A DNA stretch of 45,114 bases, filler included, from Catajapyx aquilonaris (Eukaryota): NCBI GenBank assembly GCA_000934665.2. It is 2 parts of 2 records of this genome, joined end to end, with 100 filler letters (N's around TTAATTAATTAA, not from the genome) between each part and the next. Parts side by side here need not be neighbours in the genome. Positions count along the whole stretch, not along the records: positions 1 to 22,502 come from KZ539427.1; 1 more part is not named here. One strand, given 5' to 3'. Shown here in pieces: positions 1 through 11,700 of the stretch. Both the position numbers and the translations under genes were made by a program. Below the pieces are notes generated by a model that was given only the letters and a program-made list of their open reading frames with translations, was not told the DNA's origin and ran no database searches. The stretch's first letter is position 1. Each line of letters opens with the position of its first letter.

Positions 1-145
1 TGGCACAGGAGCACTTGAAACCGACGTTTCATCGCTTAATTCCATGGTGAATGTGTTGGCCGACACGCACATATGCGTGCCCACCCCCACTGCTTGTTGC
101 CGTTTTCCCCAACAGAGCGCGCTAGTGTAGTTGCGCACGAGGCCT

Positions 146-217
146 ATAGGCCTGCCATTTTTCATTTCATACCAAATTTATTAATTGCGATGGTATTAAC
201 TAGATTGTGGGGTCCAA
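146..217 (-). repeat. Fragment of the piggyBac-like MITE family seen at 15501-16123
   Basis: Near-identical reverse complement of about 15528-15598 (ggcctgccattttcatttcataccaaatttattaattgcgatggtattaactagattgtggggtcc). Confidence 0.75.
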
Positions 218-563
218 GCTTCCAGCTTTCAATCATTTCAATCTCATATCTTAGAAGAGATTTTATACTTTGCCAATGACTGATTACAACATGGGGGAGG
301 GCGACTGTCGGACTAGACCAGGGGCCACTTGTTGGCACAGTTCAACAGTCAAATTTAGTTCCGTCCCCCCCTGAATATACAGAATACATATTTTCCTGCA
401 TGGGAAACAACCTCCCCATAAAAAAATACTCCCAAGACTTATGAAGACAGATTTGTACGAGTATTAGTTGCCATATTTGCTACCCCTCGATTGAGCCCAA
501 CACCTTCAGTGGCTGAAACTTCAACTGCAGCCCAACAACACCAATTCTAGTCTTATACGTTAC

Positions 564-719
564 CTGTGAGGCTTCTTGTATGATCTTGTTAATCTTTTCC
601 TTGTCGAGACCCTCCATACCCGCCTTGGTATCATTCAACTCCATCAGTCGAAGCCCAGATCCAGCACCTTCCTGGGGCGATCCTGCCTTTGACGAAGACT
701 CCATGACCATTGCCATCAT
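564..719 (-). CDS. POLK: DNA polymerase kappa (Y-family), first coding exon; rest of gene runs off the left edge of the window
   Basis: Translation LRLMELNDTKAGMEGLDKEKINKIIQEASQ matches the characteristic POLK N-clasp (LNDNKAGMEGLDKEKINKII); GT donor at 563-562; in-frame TGA upstream at 734-732 supports ATG 719 (or a nearby ATG); candidate 5'UTR donor GTAAGT at 1096-1091. Confidence 0.9.
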
Positions 720-1400
720 CTCATCCAGATCTCATCTGTTCAAGTCGGTACCCGTTCAAGTCCTGTCTTGTTCAACTGCTGGTGTCCGCCAATCTTCAGC
801 GGGTCCTATATAAATAATAATGCATTTAGGATACATCCCTGGCGATTAAAGTATATAAATGATTAGAAAATCCGGCTAGATATTAATAGGATAGTGATAG
901 TGTTTCTTACCAACGCACCGGCTATGGCACCGTGATGGCACCGGTTCTTACCAAAACGATATATGCTAATATGCACGTAAAAGCATAGCTGCTATTAATA
1001 ACTGCTTAATTATGTAGTAGTTTTTTGATTTGAAATTGATAGCATGTTATTCCTGTCTCACTTTGAGGTACTTTTGGGTGTATTTTGCAAACTTACTCGC
1101 GACACGTGTCATTTTTTAATTTTATATTTAAAACGCGCAATGTCCCATTGACGGAAGCAATCAAGGTCACTTGCATTGCAACCTGCTTTTCAAAAATATA
1201 GGTAATATTTAAAAAATTGTCCCCTATTACACACCAGATATACGGTGGTACTGTACCTTATTTATCTGTGTTTCGTAACACTTTAGGTATAATTTGATGC
1301 TTAGTTTAATATTACATGTCTCTGTCATGGATTATGTCTGTCATGGTTATTCGTGTAATCTCTTCGAGAAAAAATATAATAGTGTAAACTATGTGAGGAT

Positions 1401-1619
1401 CAGTGGCGGATCTAGACCTCGTTGTTGGGGGAGGGGGGGGGGGGTGATTTGTAAAAAATTTCTTTCCGCCATGCTTGNNNNNNNNNNNNNNNNNNNNNNN
1501 NNNNNNNNNNNNNNNNNNNNNNNNNNNNNNNNNNNNNNNNNNNNNNNNNNNNNNNNNNNNNNNNNNNNNNNNNNNNNNGCTTCCGCTGGGGGGGGGGGGG
1601 GTGATCAGGTCCGCCACTG
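1401..1619. mobile_element. Non-autonomous hAT-type element (MITE) spanning an assembly gap
   Basis: TIRs CAGTGGCGGA / TCCGCCACTG; perfect 8-bp TSD GTGAGGAT at 1393-1400 and 1620-1627; interior contains the N gap. Confidence 0.85.
1478..1578. other. Assembly gap (101 N)
   Basis: Run of N flanked by poly-G tracts. Confidence 1.
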
Positions 1620-2273
1620 GTGAGGATCCACCTAAGGTCCTAAGTTAGTAAGGTCCTATAATAATCAATGCAATCTTATCAATGCACCACGACGTGATAA
1701 TAAATGGACGCCATTTATTACTCAAACAGATGAAATACAGTACATGATGAATACGGTATATTATCACTTCATATTCAAACATCGAAATTCAAGCAGAATA
1801 CTTAATATCGTGGAGATATGTGGTTATATGGCCAAAATTATCCGACTTTATGTGACGGATAATTTTAGATACTAATATTGTGGTTTTATTTGGATTCATG
1901 ATCCAAAATTAGGTCATTCAAATGAGAACAAAAGTTTTTATAATTGCGATTTCACCACCAATGTCACTATAATGATTAGGAGTTCTAATTTATGAGACAT
2001 CTGTTCGCTTCACATAAGCCGCCTCATTACTTGTATTTACATAGATGCACTATTTGAACACATATCATAAAAATACACATCGTATGTACACACGGTATAC
2101 ACTGATACAAAAAAAGCTAACATTCACACTCCATTATTTTTAGTACAGCTCTCTTCCCCCCACCCCCTACCCCCCACATAAAATAAATAGGTCGTTAAAA
2201 GCACATTATCACTTTTGAAGAACAGTCCAACACCAAATATCTGCTCACTGAGAAAAAAAAGTCTTGTCCCATA

Positions 2274-3849
2274 TTACGAACTCCATAGATGACATGCGCT
2301 TCTGTAGTTGCACATATTCTTGGGGCAACATGATCTAAACAGCCGGTATTGCTCATCCTGTCTACGTTGACGCTGCTGAAATGCTTGGTCCTCTTCAGCA
2401 ATTGCTTCTCTGACAGCCATCAAAATGTCGTCGTCGTCGAAGATACCCCACGCTGATCGACGCAGACCTGAACGGTTGTAAAACATATAGTATCAGTTAG
2501 GAGATGTAAGGTTTGATTAGCTGACAGTGACTTACGTCCATATGCTAGGTCTCTTATTCGTCTCGAGAGTCGACATGATTCTCGAACTTGGTCGTCGATG
2601 TATTCTCGTCCACAGTAGTTGACGCTGTTGGCACTGATGTATGACCAGCAGGATATTGGTGCCATGAGTGACGCCAGCAGAAGGAACCAAACTCGGTAGG
2701 AGCAAGCCTTAGGGAGTTATATCAAACAGCTATTAGTTCATGTAAGCCTAAGCTTATACAGTATAGGTCTACCTCTGGGGGAAATTACATTTAGGCTAGG
2801 AAAATATAGGTAGGGCCTAAGTAGTCTACCTGGGTATTACTATAGATGCAGCTGTACTACTAAAGTAGTATTACATACTTTAGACACTTCAAAGTCGTAT
2901 TACAGCTATGAAAAACATGTTATAAAATCTGTTCATTTGTTCTTTCATCTCGAGGACTATAAAATGTCGGGTAGACCTCTATAATGGTTAGTTCCTGTTT
3001 CATTAGTGCATTGAATGCTCTATTGTGAGAACAGCTGCTCCATTTTGCCAGTATACATAGTAGTATTTTATTACTGTCAAGGGATAACATATTAGTGTTT
3101 TCTTAGATAAGCTAGCACCACTAACGTAGGCTACGGCGTTTTACCCATTGGTGCACGAATGGGGAGGCTGGGATAGGCCGAGCGAAGGGTGATATCGTAT
3201 GTACTATTGTAGTCGGAACATGCAATATACAGTATTGTGTAGAGAAACACTATGTAGGACACGAAAATGCTGTATGTCAGCACTACTATAAACGTATTGA
3301 ATTTGGTAACTATTGATTCAGCCCTAATATTAGGGAATTATTACAATATGACTTATCATATCTATTATTTCATCTGTCTTATATTTATCATGTGAACCAT
3401 AAAGATCGACACAAAAAAACCTTAAAAATTAATCAGGATCAGTTTGTTACTTCAACATAATTTAATGGAGGCTAGGCTACAAGGGCAACAGGTCTCATTT
3501 GCAAGGAGAAAAAGTCAACCCCGATTCGTTAATCTAAAGTATAGGCACAGTGTAATGATCTCAAGTTCGTCTACAAAACATACTCAATTACAGAAGTCCT
3601 ATTTCTTAAATACACGCATCCGCATTAAAATTCAAAGCAGTGTAGTTTATCTAGATGCTAAATAGATATTGGCGCGGATTTTTTTTAAAAGCTGCGAGAC
3701 TTTGTATGCTACATGGGCTCTAAAATCAAGTTTAAATTCATCGTTCAAAAAGAATAGTGCAATTTGGGTAAATGCCTACATAGTCCTACATGTACGATGT
3801 ACTATGACTATATTAGTTTATGGAGTTCGCACAGCACTGTACTTACCAT
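2274..3849 (-). CDS. Insulin-like peptide precursor (122 aa), gonadulin/Dilp8-like cysteine spacing; coding exons 3849-3847 (ATG), 2707-2536, 2467-2274
   Basis: Splicing ATG|GTAAGT, AAG|GCT...GGA C|GTAAGT, CAG|GT gives one open frame: MACSYRVWFLLLASLMAPISCWSYISANSVNYCGREYIDDQVRESCRLSRRIRDLAYGRLRRSAWGIFDDDDILMAVREAIAEEDQAFQQRQRRQDEQYRLFRSCCPKNMCNYRSACHLWSS; hydrophobic signal peptide, B chain CG...C, basic cleavage sites, A chain CC..C..C; branch-point CTAAC in intron 2. Confidence 0.85.
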
Positions 3850-3877
3850 GGGTGATATGCAAGTGACGACTGCGCGA

Positions 3878-3981
3878 GAAATGTGCGCCGTCTGTAGCTC
3901 TCGACGCTTTTATACCGCCTTCCTGCATTCTTCGCAAAGGGGCTGGGCCAAGTAAAGAAACTGCAGCTATCTCAACCAATC
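3878..3981 (-). promoter_or_regulatory. Core promoter of the insulin-like peptide gene (TATA box, Inr-like element, CCAAT box)
   Basis: TATAAAA at 3914-3908 (-); Inr-like ACATTT with A at 3882, 32 nt downstream of the TATA T; CCAAT at about 3977-3981. Confidence 0.7.
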
Positions 3982-5093
3982 AGATTCGAAGAGCATTGTT
4001 ACACTCGATAAGATAGCTGATAATAATGACATTTTTCCAGCTCTTGGTATTTTACTGCACAGCAAGAAAGCATTGTTAAGCATGGATTCTTCAGCGCATA
4101 TCATTCGTGGTGTATTTTGATGGACATAGTTTGTCCAAGTCATCCACACCATATTATGCAGGTCCACGTGCGGTTTCAAACCTTGCAGTAGGAAAATTAT
4201 ACTGGAATTGTTTCAATTGCTTCATTTGTTTTTTTAAAAATCTGGCAGGCCTTCTCTCTCTCTTAGGAAGTTCAATAAATGCATATATTTACTTTACTTT
4301 TTACTGTAATCTATACGATATACTTTATAGGCACAGTTACATCATTTTGCCATGTCTTCCGGCATAATCGTGCTAGGTGAGCAATGAAATGCTCTGCCTT
4401 ATACAACATTGCTTATATTACTGGGACTATATCATGGTACATTTGACATCAGTGACATTGAAAATGCATTGCAGCAAATTCCGTCTTTCGGGCACATCCA
4501 TTAAGTCACCTTTGATAGGATAATAATAATTCAATCGACACTGCAGAAGTGCAAGGAAATAGCTGCACTGTTAACCTTCAAATTCGTGGTTTATTTCGCA
4601 TGCATTAATGCGCTCTATAATAGGGCTATAACGAAGCGTGAAAAAGGCCAACATGTCACGAAATGGCGGCTCAGCACTACTTGACTCAATCCACGCCAGC
4701 ACTGAACATGGCTGCCACCTCACGTTTTCTACCTTAAATCAGGCAAAAGATATATCACATTCTTATCCCATCTACTATAGGTCAATAGTCCCATCTGAAC
4801 CCGATTCTGTACTATCGGCATGTGGAATGTGACCTACATATATGCCCGCCAAAGAACAATGCTCCAAGCTTGGCCTGCATGATGAGTGAGTCGCCATCTC
4901 AACCTTCATTGACTGTCGCAGTTAGATAGATCAGGTATGGCAGCCATGCCCCACAAGCATCTTATTTGGTTTGAAGTTAGGCCAGTACAAAAGGCACTTA
5001 CAGAACAGGATGTCACATGTCACATTGTTGGTTTAAGGAATTTAGAAGACATTTCGTAGGACTTGAAACAAAAGGTTCCATTAAACTCTACGC

Positions 5094-5336
5094 CAGTGGT
5101 TCCCAACCTTTTTCAGGTCGCGACCCTCTTTCGTGATAGTCAAGTAACTTGCCCCCCCTCCCACACCAGTATTAGTAGAATATTAATGCAGTGTAGACAT
5201 ATTAAAACATTTTTTTAAACCTTCGTGGTAAAATTCCTGAAAGTTCCCTATGAAATTTATTGCACGTCAATATTACCGCGGACACCGCGCGACCCCCGGA
5301 AAAGGCTTCGCGACCCCCAGCTTGTGGGAACCCACT
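5094..5336. mobile_element. hAT (Charlie-like) MITE
   Basis: Left end CAGTGGTTCCCAACC, degenerate right end GTGGGAACCCACT; internal GCGACCC subterminal repeats; TSD degraded. Confidence 0.7.
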
Positions 5337-6319
5337 ACGTAATAAAACTGTCTGTTTATAAGCAGCCCGTTTGTTGAACAACTTAGGTGCGTTGTTGTTC
5401 AACACGCTACTACATACTTGCATAACTCGAAGATGTATAATATAGTAAGTGCGATTCATACAGCTGAATAATTAACCTTGGCGAAGAGGAAATCTCCAAA
5501 ACGGAGTGTGTCGGTATACAGTACCGGTACAAGACACAACCCGGCTCTGGAAGCAAATTATTGGTTTAGCAGTTCTGTATAGGCCTACTCATAAAAGTCA
5601 TAAGACATAAAGCCATAAAAGGTAAAGCTATCGGTTGAGCCATTTGAGTTGGAATTTGTCGGTACCTATATAGTATAGAGTATACCTACGTAGCTAAACA
5701 CATGACATAGAATTCACTCCCCGTAGGCTAATAACAAAAACATGAGGAACCATCTGGATCTGGTTTCCTCCGTTTCGGAACCTGTCACACGACTGTGCTC
5801 CTTCGCGAATTTCGCATAGCATACACCTTGGTTTGGAACCAGATTGCCAGCGTATGCATTATTCAGTCAGCATAGTGTGTTACGCAAATGCGTATATCAG
5901 TTTTAATTCCTGTGTTGGTGTTCACGTGTTCGAGTGTTTCTCTATGGTGACATACCACTGGGGCAACAGTTCTGGCTGAAACACGGTGTTTTTGAAAGAT
6001 TTATTGTAAATATCGGGTATGCCCATTTATTGGAGAGAAGCGCCTTCATGGGCTTCTTCCTCAAGGCAGAGATGGACATGTCCGATGCATACATTCATGA
6101 CTGCATCCGTTCAAGCAATGCACCCCAGGTGGGTATCAATACCTAGTAAAAATATTGTACCTTATTATAAACTACCCACAGTTAGTTAGCCCTAGTTTTC
6201 ATAGTAAATGTAGGTGTTCTAATATAGACCTTTAATAAAAAATTATTATTTTATGGTCATATTTGAAATATTCATTTTCGGATTTTCATTTTGAATGTAC
6301 AATATCATATAATGTCGGT

Positions 6320-6536
6320 CAGCGTCGGATTTCCCAATAGACAGAGTAGGCAATTGTCTAGGGGCGGCCGCTATCTGGAATATAATTATACATTTTTTTG
6401 AAATAAAATAAAATAAAACAAAACACAGACGAGAACACAGGAGAAAAGTGAAATTTTTATGCGACATATGGGGGGAGGGGGGGATCTCAACTGCCTAAGG
6501 CGGCCCAGGGGGGGCCGGGGGGTAAATCCGGCGCTG
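6320..6536. mobile_element. hAT-type MITE
   Basis: TIRs CAGCGTCGGATTT / AAATCCGGCGCTG; 8-bp TSD ATGTCGGT (6312-6319) / ATGTTGGT (6537-6544). Confidence 0.85.
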
Positions 6537-7533
6537 ATGTTGGTTACTACATAATTATGCAATAGCAAACTATTATTAGCCCCACTGCACAGAGGTGGCT
6601 GATGTCACAAAATTATTGTGGGCATACAAAAGATATCCACTAAGTCCAAAAAAGCAGTTTCGAGATAATCCAAAGCAAAGATTTAACTGTATTTTCTTAC
6701 ATGCTATAGTGATGACAGAAAAACCCTGGCTTCTTGGCTCATTAGGAATATATTGAGGACTAAATGGACTTCACCAGGCGACAGAGCATAAAAAATGCTA
6801 CTAAGTGGTGTAAACCCCTGAAAAACGCCAAAATTGGATTTAGTTGTTAGTGAATTTCTCCTGTATGCTGGCAATATACCGCATGATAATAATGATTATT
6901 AAAAAGTCTCAAGTCATAATCATTACTTTCTTTTTACATGCTTTACTTTTTTTACTAACTGTAAGCTATGAAGCTGTTTGTGAGAATGGTGACATACCGG
7001 TACTAGTACTCAAAATACTGTATTGTTACATAGTAGGCCTACTGTATTTCATAACCTGCCTTACTATTATTTTAAAGAACACTACATCGCTGTCTTCTCC
7101 CTATCTGAAAAAGACTTGATTGTAGTTATCTGTGTAAGATTCTCAGCACGTTTGAGAGGGGACAAGAATGTTGCTATGTCCCAGAGACAAAACATGTTTT
7201 GGTTTTATTGTTGATGTTGCCCATGACAAACAACAACAGTGCTGATTTCAGCTTCCCAGACCTACATCACTAATCTCCTTCAGCATTTCTACTTATCTCA
7301 TGTAACTGTTAAGGCATATACATGATATACTGTGCAGTGTACTACAATGTGTGCTGTCAAAGCAACATTTCAGAGTGAGAAAGGGGAGAGATATGATAAG
7401 GGGACTGTTATTGGTGACCATTTCAGCATTACATAGTTGGATTACTACTGTGCACTCCAAACTTTTTACCCAATCATAAATTAGGTTGCAAGTTAGCAGG
7501 TGATAATGGCTTTATAGTCACACACTTAAATAC

Positions 7534-7803
7534 TTTTTTTTTTTTAAATATTAGATCCTCTCCAATAGGCCTGTGACCTCCTCAGGAAGGTTTTAAATAT
7601 CTGTCTTAATTAGCACTGAACCACTTACGGATTTCGAGAGTGGGAGGAAATGAGGAAGTACTGCGAAAACCACATGACCGCAGGCAGAAGTCTTGGAGAC
7701 CCAATCAAAATTCTTCCCATGCGCTAAAATTAATCCAGGGATTGAACTCATGTCTTCCGAGATGGTATAGAGGTGGCGTGAATCAATACACACTGAAGTG
7801 GCC
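7534..7803 (-). mobile_element. Degenerate tRNA-derived SINE related to the 33160 element
   Basis: Poly-T tail on + strand, shared core (GGATTT..AGTGGGAGGAAA...GAAAACCAC) and degenerate B box (GGGATTGAACTC). Confidence 0.55.
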
Positions 7804-8730
7804 TAGCAGAGTTGTTAGGCCTTCAGGCTGCCATTTAGGAGCTAATAGGTGCTAATCCCAGGAATGACCATCCTGACTTTGGACTATCCCTGTGTTGCTC
7901 TGGATCACTTCCAGGATGAATCCAAGCGTTTCCTTTGAGATTGACCTTGGCTGCTTACTTCTTGTCCTGCTCCTCTACAATGTTGTACAAAGGTCAATCC
8001 TGTACCTCCCTGAGACTTCCTTCGTTGCTTGCTCATGCTTATCTAGTCCAGTGGAGTTTTAAAAATCTTGTAATATTTATTCTTTGAGTTCACTGCATTT
8101 CAATGGAAAACCAGCTTGGAGACATAATTTTGTTGAGCAGGATCAAGAGTCAGTGCAGATCTACACACCATTTGCAACACCAGGAAGAGTAACGAAACTT
8201 ATCTTGAAATTCTCTCAAGTCTTCCTTTTACGAATAACTGGGGTATGAACAAATTATCCCTAGGAATAAAGCAGCCAAAAGTAGCGTCTCTTCAATCGAT
8301 ACATCACAGCAGAGGTTCATGATCTGTTCCAACTTCGTTACTAATTGGATCCCTTAATTAATATTTTCTGCCCACTAATCACCTATTTTTCATCTCGAAA
8401 GTGGCCATCAACCTGCAACTTGCACGTATTGCATTAATTTAGTTTTCTTGTTGATGCCTAAAAAACACAATGCATTTTTTTCCTTCAAACTGATTCGTAA
8501 ACCTTGACCCTAAGGATCAAATGGAAATGAACTCATTTTTTCTGTATCCAATAGTACATCAGCAGAAGGGGATAGGAATTTCCTTTGTCACTCTAGGGTG
8601 AGCAATAACATTCCCTCCAGGATTGACGTCAAGTGAGTTTTATTTTCAAGACACAAAGTAACTCCAAGCCATAATAAGAGTAACAATGCAGAAAGAAAGG
8701 AAATGGCAGAAAATTCATTTGGTGTTCTCA

Positions 8731-11700
8731 TTAAGCGCCAACGACAACCTTCTGAGGCCCCTTCTGGCTCATGCTTATTTTGTCTCCCATGCTCAAAGCC
8801 ATGCCCTGAAAAGAAATAATAACAATATAATAATATCCAGCACATTCAACTTCATATATGTCCAAGTACGACTATCAGGTAATTATTTACATTGTAGTTA
8901 TTTCTGTGTATTGTACTATAAGGATGTTAATTTGGACAAACAATTACCAAAAGAGCTGACCATGTATGACTGTAGATAATTATGTAGACTTTACTTTGTT
9001 AATGTTGGAGATTTTAGTAACGTGGTGAACAGTTTCTCTTAGCAAGTTGTTCACTTTTTTGAGGACATGCAAGATGTGCGTAATATTGAGTACCATCATG
9101 GTAAGGTTTTGTGAGACATAGCATTATGCACATATCTGGTGATTGGCTAGTACAGTGCTGGACATTAATTATGTCGTACTGGTAGCGACATTTTCCGATG
9201 CGGCAGAAGTGCGAAGAGAATTGATGGAGTGTGAACTGGGTGAGTAAGAAAAGGTAGGCCTTGGATGACGTCACCAGCTGTGGGCAATGGGGAAAAGGCT
9301 TGTCTCCCAGCTAGTGACGTCACCCAAGGCCTGCCATTTCTTACTCACACGGTACACACTCCATCAATTCGCTTTGCACTTCTGCCACATCAGAAAATGT
9401 CGCTAGAAGTACGACAGAATTAATGTCCAGCACTGTACTATGCTTAGGTCCTTGTGCATATCGACTGCTCAAGTCATGGGGTTGAATAACTAGGGCTCAA
9501 GAGTGAATCAGGGTTGAACCCAGAATCAAGTTGGATCTGTCTACATGATTTAAAACAAGCACAAGGTTGCACAACTCCAAGCACTGGAACTATGTCTCAA
9601 CCTGTTGTACAGTGCATGATAACCTAACTGAACACAAGTAAAATGAAAGTAAATTTACATCTGTTCTGATACACAAGTCAGAACTGTCCCTATGCATTCA
9701 TTCCACTTTAGCTAAAGTTGTTGTCGAAGATTTATTTTACACAAAACTTAGGTATGCATGAATGGTGCAGTACTTGTGTGAGCAAGAAACTAGTGTAGAG
9801 TCTACACAAAAGTGGGTCAGACTTCTGCTTGGCCTAGTCCACACTGGAAAATGTTGGTTCAGCTGAATTAGGCCTACATGTTGCAAATAATGCACCACAT
9901 ACCTGACTCTTAGCCCTAATGCGAATGTGTCCAACAACAGGTGCATCAGGCTTGTTTGGCGGCTTCTCCACACTCAGGTTTGCCAGTGCATCTTCTCCAA
10001 AGATAGATCGAGCATACAGGTTGGCAGCCATGAACCCACATTCACCAGAAAGTGCCTGTTGAATCAGAGTTTCATAGTATAAGAATGAGAAAAACTACAC
10101 AACAAAATTAACAGTGTAAAAGCATCAACTAGTGATAAAAATCACATTATGTAAAATTGAAAATAGGGAGTAGACATGAACAAGATTGACCTGACCATTC
10201 TTTGAATAAGAGACTCCCTTACTGCTGGGATTATTGCGGGTAACCCATTAATCTCGTACTTCAAGTGGGGTATGGAAATTATCATGATGATACATATGGA
10301 GGACTGCAGAATATCCTGGCCTGTTGGTTCATTATGAGTCTTTAGTACGAAATGGCTTTAGCCAGACAACAGCAAACAAATGCTACTTGGGGCAGGTTGT
10401 ATGCACATGGGTTAAGGTTAACTATGGAGTTAGGTGTTACCCTTAACTAATGTTCATACAACTGGCACTTAGCTATATAAATATCGTAGCTCTGGAGTCA
10501 AAACAGCATAACTCGCTTTTCTGCCGATTTCGGGTTTTTTATTCTGAAAATTTGGCATTTTGTGCTGCATCTGCCATCAAAACGGCGTAATTTTTTGCCC
10601 AATAGGAGAGAAGATATGGCCAGGTTAAAAGACTAAATCTCAATGCAAGAGTAATTTTTTTTTCCAGTTTTTTGCTCTCCTGAATAATTAGTATTATTCG
10701 AGTTACGTGGTTTTGACTCCACAGTGCCGATATCTTAAAACCGTCAAAATGGGTCTAGTGGATTTACCACAATATTCCACATGTGAAATTGAAGTATATT
10801 TAACCAGTAGTTTAAAAGGTAGTCATGATCAGTGTAAGATACACTCTTGCCTTTACCTAAAAAGTATAAAATATTTTCAATTCAATTTTGCATGAGTCAA
10901 CTTGAATGTTTATGATAAAATGATTGTTCTACTGTATATCAAATCAACTTCTAATAAAATTAGAGAAAATAAAATCAGTGCCATACCATGCAACATATTA
11001 TACAAACAAACAAAAACTCATCCATCTGAAAACTACACACATATTTAGTGATGAGACCTCCCCACAGCATTCTCACTCACCTTGTCTGGAGTGAGACACT
11101 TCATGTTAGTGGTCTTGATTAGATGAACAAGGTAATCGTTAAGGTCAGTGATGTTGGTGTTAACTGACACCTTATTCTCCCATTCAAATTCTGCCCACAT
11201 GGCACGGAATTCCGAGTCCGTGCAGGTGGCTGGGACTATGTAGTCGATTATATCGATGTGAATGTCATTCAGCACCACGACATTCCGGTCCGAGGTAGCA
11301 CCTGACACATCATACACTGCATAGAAAAGATAACTGGGTTAAAACTCTCAAAATAGTAATCACTTAGAAAAAATTTTATCAGAGAATTTTCAAGCAAGGG
11401 CTAACATTCAAAAGCAAAATGCTTGATTGCTATAATCTGGACAAGTTCATACCAATGTTGCCAAATATTATCCCATTTTCAGTGGAAGCAACCTTGACAT
11501 TGGCCTTAATATTGCAGAAATCATGTGGGGCCAATACAATAGGCTGAGGCTTCTCAACCAGTTTAAGATCACCCAGGGTAGCCAACTCCAAGGTGCAGTT
11601 CTGCAATGTGTCACCTAGAACACAGATAAAAAATATATATTGTACTCTCATGTCCATTATAAGCCATTAATAAAAATTCATTCCTTCAGGAAGAACTGCA

